A stretch of DNA of 64,000 bases from the IMG/VR virus record IMGVR_UViG_3300037465_000544, one strand, 5' to 3'. This stretch comes from a virus. How positions within the stretch are numbered: the first letter of the stretch is position 1; every line of letters starts with the position of its first letter. Shown in pieces: positions 24,542 to 36,200 of the stretch. Position numbers and translations under genes: made by a program. The notes under the pieces are model-generated. The model saw only the letters and a program-made list of their open reading frames with translations. It made no database searches and had not been told where the DNA came from.

Positions 24542-26473
24542 TTAGCAAGTTGTACAAGGTTTGGCTTGCACTTCTGTACTTTGTTTACATTCTCCGCAAC
24601 GCAATGTTATTGCGTTTAATTTCACAAAAATATCATTTATTTCGCTTAATGCCTGTGAATGGCATTCATCCATTGTAAACACTCCTGTAAAATCAATTTC
24701 GTGCTTCTTTAATAATGCCTGAAGGGTAAAATAAAGAGCAATGATTTTATTCATTTCATAACGCAACTGACGCAAACGCTCTATTTCTTGCTCATTACAT
24801 TCCTTGCAGCAAGGATCCTTCTCGTTGCACATAATCTCCAGTATCAGCTTTTTGATACAATTGTTTAGCTGGCATAATTCAACCAGAGGCAAGACAACAA
24901 TATCGTCAGTAAGGTTGTTTGTAATGGTAACGGTATAAACGCCGTCTCCGGGCAATGTAATAATAAGCGTATTGGTAATTGAAGTATCCATCGTATAAGT
25001 CTGTGAATAAGTTCCATCGAGATTTGCTACTACGATAGTCAATATTTTTGGAGTTGTTGTATCGTTGTCTGTAAAGGTATATTCGTTGCACTTATTTTTT
25101 GTAATCTTATATTGGGTACAAGCATCAATCAGAAAAACGCAATTATCGCAACCAAAACAATCACATGCCTCTATCTTTATTTCATGCGTACCATAAGTTG
25201 ACATGATAATTTGCTGCACATCATAAACACAGTCTCCGGGATTTACAGGATAAGCATTGCTTAAAATTACTTGTCCAGTATCCAGGTTTGTTACAGTTAA
25301 TACAATACTTGGTGGACAGGAATTTTGAATGATGGTAAGCGTTCCGTCAGGAGTAGAACAAGGAATGGGCCCGGTAACTGTTATTTGAGTATAAGTGCCA
25401 TCAAACATACTTGTAACAACAGTATAGGCACCATCATTGCAAGTAGATCCTGAGATAATAAATGAAGCCCCGTTCACAAACCCCATAGTCCAGTCTCCTG
25501 TAATGTAAAAAATATTATTCAGCTGATCCACAAGAGATACGGCAAAAGCCCTTACGGGAGCACACGCATTTACTGTAATATCAAGCGTATCTCCTATATT
25601 ACCGCAAGCCGTTTTACATGGTGTAGATTCAACCGGGACTCCGTTAAGCTTTACCGCATCAGTGCAATCGTTGCAAAAAGTAGGACGAGGACAATTAACT
25701 GCAGAATAGCTGATTGGAATATCCGTAAGAACCTGACAAGAATCAACAATTCTTAAAAAACAAGAACCGTTCTGAAGAACCCCTGGACAATATCTCACAG
25801 TTACCATTTGCGATGCCTGGGGAGCCAAAGCGAAATTAGTAGGTCCGATAATGGTAAAATATCCCGAACAGTTTATCAGCGAAACAGTATAATTTCTTGA
25901 TACGCAGGAATCGTTGGTGATGAGAACATCGCTGTTTACGCAATTACAAATATCAGTTTGAAGAACAATAGGGTTAGGAATTACGGACATGATATTATTT
26001 TTAATATCATAATCCAAATCTATCACAACCTGACAACAGGTGTCTTTGCCAAGCGATTGGTCTGCGGAAGCTATATAAAACACTAATTGTGTTGTTCCTG
26101 CACCGCAATCAACACAATTTGGTGAAATTGTTACATATATGTCATAGGATCCACCATAAGGAATATTTCCTGATGTATAATTAGAAACCTGGATTTGTCC
26201 ATTAAAATTATTGTCAATACACGGAATTCCGGGGAAACCTACGGGCCAACACTGTTGAACATTGCTTCCATCAATACTGATAGGGATATTGTTCCCGACT
26301 ATTTGCAAGTCATTTCTAAAAGTAAACTTGACAGTTTGTGGCTGACAACAATCCAGAACACCAAAATCAAATGAATAAGGCGGCTGCCCTACAAACGGAA
26401 CATCGTTAATCGCTATTAGTGTTTGTGCTGCGGCTAAATCCGGTATTCCGCAGTTAAATAATTGACAAGCCAT
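24542..26473 (-). CDS. Cys-rich multi-Ig-like (ASH/PapD-type) virion appendage protein
   Basis: Repeated beta-strand modules (e.g. VLITND...FALAPQASQMVTVRYCP); about 44 Cys in 643 aa by hand count. Confidence 0.6.
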   Translation of the reverse strand: MACQLFNCGIPDLAAAQTLIAINDVPFVGQPPYSFDFGVLDCCQPQTVKFTFRNDLQIVGNNIPISIDGSNVQQCWPVGFPGIPCIDNNFNGQIQVSNYTSGNIPYGGSYDIYVTISPNCVDCGAGTTQLVFYIASADQSLGKDTCCQVVIDLDYDIKNNIMSVIPNPIVLQTDICNCVNSDVLITNDSCVSRNYTVSLINCSGYFTIIGPTNFALAPQASQMVTVRYCPGVLQNGSCFLRIVDSCQVLTDIPISYSAVNCPRPTFCNDCTDAVKLNGVPVESTPCKTACGNIGDTLDITVNACAPVRAFAVSLVDQLNNIFYITGDWTMGFVNGASFIISGSTCNDGAYTVVTSMFDGTYTQITVTGPIPCSTPDGTLTIIQNSCPPSIVLTVTNLDTGQVILSNAYPVNPGDCVYDVQQIIMSTYGTHEIKIEACDCFGCDNCVFLIDACTQYKITKNKCNEYTFTDNDTTTPKILTIVVANLDGTYSQTYTMDTSITNTLIITLPGDGVYTVTITNNLTDDIVVLPLVELCQLNNCIKKLILEIMCNEKDPCCKECNEQEIERLRQLRYEMNKIIALYFTLQALLKKHEIDFTGVFTMDECHSQALSEINDIFVKLNAITLRCGECKQSTEVQAKPCTTC

Positions 26474-26500
26474 ATGTTTTAGTTTTTAATGTTTATTATT

Positions 26501-29500
26501 TTATTCTTCTACTAAGTCGCCAAATTCTTTAATAGTTGTTCCGAGTGGTACTGTTCTTTCCAGTTCACGGGTATCTCCCATCACCACATTCCATATACGC
26601 AATGCCTGATCAACTGCAGGAAATGGATTTGACACAGACCATAAGAAATTGTTTGGAGCAAAAGTTAACATATCCAAAGCACCAAACTTGAACACCCTTA
26701 AAAAGCGAGAATCCTTTAAAAACGCTTCTTCATCATCATCATCCCAATCAGCAGTTAGTCCTGCATACAAACCGTATAAAATTGAAAACATGGCTATGTC
26801 AGCTGCAAGCTTTACATAATTCCTTTTTTTTACTGCTGATAAATTTTTCCATGCCTCTCCGTAAGTAAGGCCCTGCTTATGTGCCGAACGCAATTCTTTT
26901 ACACCGGACAAAATACTCCTGAATATACCTTCGATTTCAGCTTTCTCCCAAACCGCCATGCCATTCTTGTACACAATCTGCCCTCCTGCAGTAGAATACG
27001 CCCGTTTGCCAATATAGTTATAGACCTTATCCGGAAGATACTGCTTGAATTGGTTAAATAATTTTCCGAAAGTATAACTCTGCATGGCCGTCTGTGTAGT
27101 CGGATCAATACCGCCAACAATATATTTGTCGCTAAGCCATTTAAACAAACGTGCGGAATCATAATCGTATCCACGCTTAATATCGTCTTTTTCATTCTCA
27201 AGAATTCCTTGCTGAACCATAAGCTTTTTCATAAAATCCAGCTTCGCTTTTCCTTCATCGGTAAGCTTTCCTGCAACATAAAATCGTTTGTCTTTTTTTA
27301 TGTTATAAATTATATTTCCTTCTTTGTTAACTTCATGTGCATCAAAACTTCCATCTTTAATCATCTGGGCCATCATTACGATTCCACGAATATTATAGTC
27401 GGTAAGCCAGTTCATTTTGTGCATGTAATGACTTTGAAAGAAATTCTTATTAGTCTGTAGCCACAAAGGAGAATTAGCAATTTCGTGTTCTCCCATATCC
27501 GCAACTTTATAAAATTCCATTAGAGCTCTCATCTTTTTATACCCGGCAGGGGTATGAAAGAGAGCAACAGCTTTATTCGCCTCTTTATATCCGTAATAAT
27601 TTGTTCCGCCAAGTGAATTAGCCATGGCTGTGGTATAAAGCTGTGCCGTGTTGATGACAAACGAAGTGGATGCTACAAAGGGATTTAAAGCAAGACCATT
27701 AAAAGTTGTCAAAGCAACCATTGTATTAATCCATGGATCCACAACCCCTGCCTGGTTTGGCTGGGTTTTCCCATGAATAATCCTATCAGAAAATATCTGA
27801 AGCCACTTAAGATTGTTCGCTTGTTGTTGCGGAGTTCCATTCAACGTGCTTAACAATGCTCGTGCACTATTTACTGCTGGCAATGCTTTCTTTTCAAAGA
27901 TGATTTTTCGTTCCCCTGCCAGCATGAAATAGTTGAATATAAGCTCTAAATTAGTAGAGATGCTTTTATTTTTCTCTGCATCAACAACAACAATCTCTTT
28001 AGTTGTAGGATCTGCAAGGGCAAGACCCATCCTTTCCAGCTTGAAATCGCTTCCAAAATCTGATTCATCGCCAAGTTCCGAAAGAAAAGAATTGCTTACC
28101 TCAAAGTTTGCTTTTCCAAATTCTTTAAATTCCTCTTCGAAAATTCTATCCGAATTACTCATCTTATAAAGAAAATTCCTAAAGCCGCGTTTGGTATTAT
28201 CAAGATTTCCTGAAAGGATTAATTCTGCAACCGATCTGCTGACTATTGGAACGCGTCCTTTTTTCCAACGCTTTGGCAGCCATTTTTTGGCATCAGCCAT
28301 AGCTTTTGTTTCATTAAATTTGCCATTCTCGCGGTAACGAAATCTGTTTTCGTGGACGTATTGACGCAAATACATATCTTCAAAAGTATCCATCAGAAAC
28401 TTACCATAAGCTACGTGCTCTTTAGTAATATCCCCATTCAGAATGGCCTTTTTGGTATCAGGATCATTTTCGTCCCAATGTATTTCTCCGTTATAAACTT
28501 GCATTAATCCTCCACTTTTAGCGTCCTTGACTATAGATTTTTTAAACATCTTTTCAAAACGCTTTCCACCCGTATCGGAAACCCTGTCTTTTATTTTTTC
28601 GGCTATTACATTTCCTGATTTAAGAAAAAAAACATCCTCAATTTTTTTGACGAATTCTACATTTTTCTTCTGGACATTACGCAACTTTTCCACTATCAAA
28701 TTCTGGGCATTGAGAACGATGTCCTTCGCCCACTGTAAAATGTCATTTTCTATGTTATGCGAATTAGTATAATTCATCTGAGCCTGCGTCATGTCCTTTA
28801 CATCATTTTTTTCAAAAGATTTCTTTTCTGTAAGTTGACGTAAAGCAGCCGCTAATCGTGTGTATTCCTGGTTAGAATAAAGAGCCTCTGAACTTAATGT
28901 ATTTTCTAAAATTCGCTGACGATTCTGAATAATATCTATCAAATCCTCAACACTTCCTTCCCCATTAAGTTGCTTATCAATTTCATCTACTGCATTCTGA
29001 GCCCAGAAATAACCCGAACCTAATCTGCTGTCTGTATTATTTTTTTGAACATAATTCGTATCCAGCCATTCTTTAAGCACAGAAAGCGTATCCTGTCCAT
29101 AAGAACTTTTATAAAGCACTTCGTTTTTTAACATTTCCTGCATATTGGCAGGAAGCAAATCCATAAACTTTTTCACCTGAGAGGCACCTTTTGCTTCTGC
29201 GAGAAAATCAGAAGAATCCATTAATACAAAAGAAGGATTGGCTTCCCTTCCATGAATAGAAATAACAGCAGACTTGCGAATTGAAAGGTTAGGATTAGCC
29301 TCTTTAAGAGCCATAGTTGTCATCCCAATAAGGAATTTTCGTATAGAGCCTTCTCGGTTGGAATATTTCATTCCTTTTAGTTCAAGTTCTTCATTTGATT
29401 CAAATGCAGAAAGAAGATATCCAATTTCAAGGCCCTCCCTTGAAAGCCCCATGCTTGTAGTATCAAAAATACTGATAGACGGATTCCCCTGTGTCGAATT

Positions 29501-30202
29501 GTGAATTGCAATAATCGGGTTGTACCCTTCAAACCCTTCGCGATATACGATCCCCAATCCCTGAAATTCTGAAGATTTTAAATCAGAATATTGAATATAA
29601 CGTGTTCCCGGAGTATAATCTATATAGCGAAGCATATTATTGATTGTATTATTGCTATAACGCGATTCGCCTTTTATCTTACCGGGAAAATACACTTGAA
29701 GTGTATCATAGTCTGCACCCTCGTTCAACCATTTTACAAATTTAGCCTTATGTTTGGTTTCAAATTCGGTAAACAAAGGCACCACTTTTTCGCGAATAAT
29801 CTGCTTAATTTCCGAATCACTCATTCCGGTAAAATCAAATTCCGTGTCATAATAATTGTATGACATGGTTTTAGGATTTATATTATTAAAAATGCGGTTT
29901 ACAAGCTCTTCTTTTGAGAATGAAGAATAAGTTCTAAATGTTCCGGTTTTTTTGTGTAACAAGTCAGCCAGGTCACGAATATCCTTTATTTTAGCAGGCT
30001 GATCCTTAAATCCAAATTCTTCATGAATATTATCATCCTGAGAATAGACAGGATCAGGTTTTTCTAAAACATAATTAACAACTTCACGAGGGATATCTCC
30101 TTCAAATTTCAGCCATAAACGGTAAAATTCCTTGATGCCTAACTCTTTTATTAAAGAGGCATTTAAAGGATCATTTATATTTGGGCATCCAGCTACAGGC
30201 AT
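26501..30202 (-). CDS. Large internal virion (ejected cargo) protein
   Basis: 1233 aa, mostly helical, overlapping the end of the RNAP polyprotein gene by 10 nt. Confidence 0.7.
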   Translation of the reverse strand: MPVAGCPNINDPLNASLIKELGIKEFYRLWLKFEGDIPREVVNYVLEKPDPVYSQDDNIHEEFGFKDQPAKIKDIRDLADLLHKKTGTFRTYSSFSKEELVNRIFNNINPKTMSYNYYDTEFDFTGMSDSEIKQIIREKVVPLFTEFETKHKAKFVKWLNEGADYDTLQVYFPGKIKGESRYSNNTINNMLRYIDYTPGTRYIQYSDLKSSEFQGLGIVYREGFEGYNPIIAIHNSTQGNPSISIFDTTSMGLSREGLEIGYLLSAFESNEELELKGMKYSNREGSIRKFLIGMTTMALKEANPNLSIRKSAVISIHGREANPSFVLMDSSDFLAEAKGASQVKKFMDLLPANMQEMLKNEVLYKSSYGQDTLSVLKEWLDTNYVQKNNTDSRLGSGYFWAQNAVDEIDKQLNGEGSVEDLIDIIQNRQRILENTLSSEALYSNQEYTRLAAALRQLTEKKSFEKNDVKDMTQAQMNYTNSHNIENDILQWAKDIVLNAQNLIVEKLRNVQKKNVEFVKKIEDVFFLKSGNVIAEKIKDRVSDTGGKRFEKMFKKSIVKDAKSGGLMQVYNGEIHWDENDPDTKKAILNGDITKEHVAYGKFLMDTFEDMYLRQYVHENRFRYRENGKFNETKAMADAKKWLPKRWKKGRVPIVSRSVAELILSGNLDNTKRGFRNFLYKMSNSDRIFEEEFKEFGKANFEVSNSFLSELGDESDFGSDFKLERMGLALADPTTKEIVVVDAEKNKSISTNLELIFNYFMLAGERKIIFEKKALPAVNSARALLSTLNGTPQQQANNLKWLQIFSDRIIHGKTQPNQAGVVDPWINTMVALTTFNGLALNPFVASTSFVINTAQLYTTAMANSLGGTNYYGYKEANKAVALFHTPAGYKKMRALMEFYKVADMGEHEIANSPLWLQTNKNFFQSHYMHKMNWLTDYNIRGIVMMAQMIKDGSFDAHEVNKEGNIIYNIKKDKRFYVAGKLTDEGKAKLDFMKKLMVQQGILENEKDDIKRGYDYDSARLFKWLSDKYIVGGIDPTTQTAMQSYTFGKLFNQFKQYLPDKVYNYIGKRAYSTAGGQIVYKNGMAVWEKAEIEGIFRSILSGVKELRSAHKQGLTYGEAWKNLSAVKKRNYVKLAADIAMFSILYGLYAGLTADWDDDDEEAFLKDSRFLRVFKFGALDMLTFAPNNFLWSVSNPFPAVDQALRIWNVVMGDTRELERTVPLGTTIKEFGDLVEE

Positions 30203-33200
30203 TCTTTTAGCTTATTTTCAACGTCAATATCTGAAACATCGTTGCCAAAATTAATGCTTTCAACTTTGCCAACTACATAATCAGAAGTTATTTTTATAAC
30301 TTTTTCTAACACGCTGTTAGGAACAACAGGGGCCCCTTCCGGAAACATTCGATTAATAAATCCCGTAAGAGCATCAATAAAACGATCCCAAAAAGAAGGG
30401 CTACCTTTCATTTTGCTTTCTATGCCTGCAAGAGCTTTCTGAAATTCGGGATTCACAAAAGCTTCAGATATAAACTCCCCGACATTGGTAAGCCCGTAAT
30501 AAACATTTTGTGGCAAAACATTTTTTGCTTCATTATACAAGTTTGTAATAGCATCAACAAACTCGATTTCATTAGCAGTCATTGTATTTCTGTCCTTTCT
30601 GAAAACAGCAAGCGTAAGCTGGTGCATTAATTCATGTAAAAAAGTAGCTTCATAGCGAAGTCCGGACTTAATTTTATCTAAATTCATATAAAAATTATTA
30701 GAGTCTAATTCAAAAAACGCATTGGCAACTTGCCCATTTGAATTAGGGACCGTAAAACGGTATTCTGTTTTAGTGTCCATCAACCTTACATTGCCTTTCG
30801 CTAAGATGTAATTATTTGGCATATTTAACAAAATGCTTGCAAGTGTCCTGAAATGGCTAAGGTTGGAATTATTCATAATCATCCTAAGAATTTCGCGTTT
30901 ATCGTAAGACATGAAATATTTTCTCAAATTTTCTTTATCATTATCAAAATATTTACTCATTTTATTTATAACGCCTTTTTCCGATGAAGAAGAAAATATA
31001 ATATCAGAAAGATCCCTTTTCAGATCAATGGTAATTTCATTCCAAGTATTACCATATTCATCAGTAACTAATTTAGGATTATAACCAGCTTTATCTAATA
31101 CATTCTTTAATTGAGTTTCATAAAACTTAAATACTCCACCAAATGTACCTGTCAATCCTTGTTCTTCTAATGTTTTAAGTTCTTGTTTAAGTCGGTTTAT
31201 TTGATTAGGAATTTTAGCAATTTGTCTTTCTAATATTCTTTTATCACTATCAATTAACTTAGCGGTTCTTAATTCATTCTGTTTATTATCCAACCTATAT
31301 TCAAGTTCTTTAATCCTATCTTCTTTCTCTTTCCTAAATTCTTCTATCGTACTACCACCTTCTATTTTTACAGTAGTATTACCTGTTGGGAATTTAATAG
31401 TAGTAAATCCTTGTTTAGCTGATTGTTGAATAATACTCTGCGTTATAAACTTAACCCAATTATCTTTTTGATTTAGAAGTTGAAGGAATTGGTTATCAGA
31501 TTCTTTATAATTTATTTTTTTACCTAAATTACTAAAAGCATCAGTAGCATTAGTAATTTTATTTAGAGCAAGTTGTTTTTTCTCTCTACCAGTAACTTGC
31601 CATTTATCTACACCATTTTCTTGTATCTTTTTAATAGTTACATTATTGTATGTTTGTTTTAGTTGTTCTGCATAATCTTTTGCAGAATTTTCATTTTCAA
31701 AAGTTTTCTTAACATTATCTTGAAAAGGGTCAGATTGCATTTCATGTATTACAACTTCACCTGTTTTATTATTAAAACTTGCTCTTATGTGTGCAATATC
31801 ATCTCCTGTACTAAATGGTTCATGTTTTCTTGCAGCATCATTTAATTTCATATTAGGAACTTGTATTCTTAGTTCTTTATATTCCCAATCTCCTTCTATA
31901 TATGGTCTTTCAGATAAGTTTTGTAATGCTTTATCGTATTTAGCATTTATTTTTATTTTTTGTTCTTCGTAAGTTTTATCTTGATAATAATTTCTACCAA
32001 TAGCTAAGGAAGGATTACTTTTAGGTATAAAATTTAATATTACATCAAACGCTTTTTCTATATTTTTTAAATTCCTATCTGATATATTATTAGTTTTTAT
32101 ACCAAATAAATTTAAAACTGCATTGATTATTTTTTTAAAAATTCCTATTTTTTCTTGTTTTAAACTGTTTCTAAATTCGCTATTAGATAATATTTCACTT
32201 ACAAATTCTTTAATATTAGTAAATCCATAAGCTTTTTTGTTAATTGTATTATTTTTTAATTCTTGAAAAATTGAAATTATATCATTATAAAATTGTTTTT
32301 CTTCTACTGTTTTTCTACTTTCTAATGCTTTTACAGTATAAGCATGAATATATTCATGTACTATTCCTTCTAATATTTCTGTTTCACTCCATATATTTTT
32401 AGCATTTTTATTCAAAGCAATAATACCTTCATTTGGGTTAAATCTTGCTAATGCTGTTTTAGTCCAACTAAAATTTTCAACACCATTAAATTTAATAATA
32501 TTATCAATTTTAGAAGAATTGGTTATTAATACATCAATAACTCTTTTTAAATGCTCATCTTCAGTTTTATTTTTTACTGTGTTTAAAACATCTTTAGTAT
32601 TATATCCCTTTAAATTTGCAAATTCATTAAATAAATTATCATTATTATATTGTTTATAATTACTATTGTTTTTATAATAATTGTTTTTATTAAATAATTT
32701 ATCTAATTCTTCTAACTCTCTCTGTCTATTCTTCTCTATTTCTTCTCTTGTATTACCATGTGCTGTTAGATTTTTATAGATTTGAGTTGGGTCTCCTGCT
32801 TGCACACTTCTACTATTAAGCATGTCTTGTGTAACAGTAAACTCTTGCCCATATTCATCTGTTAAAACTTGCCCTACTTTATGTTTTTCATGAGTAGCAA
32901 CATTAATCTCAATTACTTGACTGTAATTAGCAATAAAATTCACTAATTTATCTTCAATAGTATCTCCTTCTTGTTGTTTGAGTAATTCAACTTGTTCTTT
33001 TGGTACTTGTGCTTCTTGTAATATTTTATCAATACTCCAGTTATTCTTTTTACCTTTTTCTATAATAGCTTTACCCCTTTCGGAAGTAAGAATAGCAACA
33101 GTCTTTAAAGAATAATTTACTCTTTTTAATCTTTCATTATACGCCACTTCTTCTTCATCAATACTATAAGCAATATTCGAGTTTTTATGCTTAATCGTAA

Positions 33201-36200
33201 TTTGATTTTTCTTTTTGTCAATCAAAAGATCAACAACAGTTCCGTCTGATAAGAAAGCAGCTCCGTTGCTATACCCTCGAGCATTGGCATTTTTAATTAC
33301 AACATTGTGCCCTTTCTTAAACTCCTTGTATTTTTCATAAGACATTCTTTTAAAAGTTTGTCCTGAGGTAATCGTGCTTTCTGCAGGATTATAAGGATTA
33401 AAACGATCTAAAAACTTTCCTTTGTAAATTACTTGTGGATTATCGCTTTTAACCATCCCGATAGAATTGTAAATTCCATACCGCTTTCCTTCCTTGTATT
33501 GGTCGGGACGAGTATCTTCTGTCCAAGAGTCATTATAATAATCCAGCAAATCGGTTTCATAAGTGGCTACATCAGCAAGAAATACATTATCTAAAATATC
33601 AAATAATGACGCTGATTTTCCATTTCCCAAATCAAGATAAGTTTCTTTCTCGTTAGCATCTTGCATGGCATAAACAGAGAGCTCATCCAAGAAGGAGTTA
33701 AATCCGGCAAATATAGAACTGTCCATTACTTGCCCAATAGAATTTTGACGAAAAACAAAACCATCTTTCATTAAATGATAAAGAGCAAACTTCTCTTTTA
33801 GCCCGGGCTGTATCTGGTCTAATTTGTTAAAATCAGAAATAATATCTGCCTTTTGCTGTTCATTTATCGAGGCTCCATCACGCAATTCAAGTATAGGCCC
33901 TATTGTATCATTTTTATCATAAGAAAGACGATTCAGAAATTTATTCCCTACATGATCCTTCATTTCATCATTACTTTTTATTTCGTCAATAAGGTTACTT
34001 ACGAATTGCGGAAACTCCATACCATATCGGTAGCGTCCTTCAGGAGTAGAAATATTAATCATTTCGCTGCCTGTAATGAGTGAGGTGGTTGAAGGTAATA
34101 TTGCCGTTTGATGCTTTTGATTAAAATAAAGTGCAATAAAAAACTTCTCTAATTGATTGTAAAAAGCATAATACTTTTTTTCTGAAGGAAAATTAATTTT
34201 TTTCGATTCAAAAAAGCGGTTAAAAATTTCTTTTACCAATGGGCTATTACGCAAAAATCCTATATTAAAATTCCCCTTATTATCCACGCTTCCGGAATAA
34301 AATTCTCGAATAGTATAAAGAGTATTTAGATATTCTTTAATGTGCGGAAGTGTATCTATAACAGCTCCTATATTGATAAACTTGCGAATTGCTTTTTCTT
34401 TTGCTTTTTCTTCTGAAAGTTCTTCCGGTGAAAGAAACGACTTTTTAGACAAATACCATTCGGTATTTTTTTGCTTTTTTCCGGACAAATAGTCTTCAAG
34501 ACTTTGATTTAAAGAAAACTCAATATCCTCAATCATCTTATCCAATTCATAATCAAACACAGGGATTCCGTTCACATTCAACGAAAGGATATTGTTCATT
34601 CTCCGGATCTGTTCTCCAAGGTAAACATGGTCAAGAAATTCCTGAAGATTCTTTATTTGCTTTGACCGATATGCAGCAGCTTCATTCATTGCATTGGGCA
34701 AATCCTGTTTAAGCTTAGAAAGCTCAAGAGCTATCTGATCCAAATCTAAATTAGCTCCAGCTCTAAAGGATCCGGATTCTTTAGCTTCTTGATATTCTTC
34801 AATATCCGCTTCCGATAAAATATTTTCCAACTCAGCAATTCTTTCTGCCGTTACCGGTATGACAGGTTCATTTTGCAACCTTGTAATCTGATTATGTATT
34901 GCATCCACTAAAGTATATGGCTTGCCGAATTTGTTTCTTCCGCCACGAATAACCTGTCCGCCTACAAGAAGAGGAGTAATTGATTGCCGAACATAAACAT
35001 CATTTATGGCCGCGAGAATTTCAGGATTCTGGAAAAAAGATAAAGCTCTCACAGTGTCATATCCGCGAATAGCCATAGCCATAAGAGAATTTGCGTTTAT
35101 GAGCCCTACGTTAAAAGCACCCAAAATAAGCTCTTTAGCATTATCCACAGAAGCATTAAGCAATTCACTTAAGAATTGAATTACAAACTTTCCGGTATCT
35201 GTTTTTCCATTAGCCGACATCTCAAATCCGGAAATCATATTACTTATTTTTTGTTCTTTGCTGCGGAAGTTATTAACATTTATTGCATGATTCAAAAAGG
35301 AATAGGCCTTATTAGCATTGGCGGCTATACCAACAATGTCTTTACCTGAATGAATCTGCTCGTACATATAAGCATTGGAAGAAAAATCATTGAATTTTCC
35401 AAACAACGATTTTATTCTCTTAAGAGAGGGATCCCTTTCTTCTTTTTGTTTAAGAAAATCTTTTATTTCACTAAGAGAAGTAGGAGTATGGGTAATTTCA
35501 TAATTTTCAGGATCATTGTAATAATCCATCACAAGACCAAGCAATTTATTCTGATAAAATTCAATCGTGCCTAAAGCCGGTAAATTACCTTGCTCATCCA
35601 CATAATTGAAATAAACACTTAATTGGTCAATGTCAAAATCGGATCCATCCAAAACATTTTTAGCCGAAGAAATATAAATGGTATTGCTATTATCGTTAAT
35701 CCATCCCACTACTCTGCCTAACCCGGCACCGCTTGGAGCTGAAGATGGTGTACGGGCGAATATAACATTTAGCAATTTCTCAAATGTCTGTAACTTTTCC
35801 GGACTATTGGCAGCAATGAATTCTCTGGCTTGTTGAACGGACATATTAGGATTTATCCCAAATTGGGCGACATAACTAAAAGGGATAATTATCTCATTTG
35901 GTTTTAATCCTCGCTTTGGTAAGGCATCAATCTGTTTGTCGTCCAAACCAATTGCACGCAAATCTTTACGCATCATTATTTGCCCCTGATAGTCAAATAT
36001 GTCAAATAAAAATGCAGGAGCCTGATTCATTCGTACGCCATTCATAGGAGGCTTGATAGCATTTTTGGTAATCTTATTTCCAAACATTTGAATCAGCTTG
36101 GTACGAAGAATAGGCAAATCAGGAGTAATAGACCTGTTATTAAGCATATCTACAATTTGCCCTACTTCTCCCATTTGTTCGGACGCCTTTAATCCCATCT

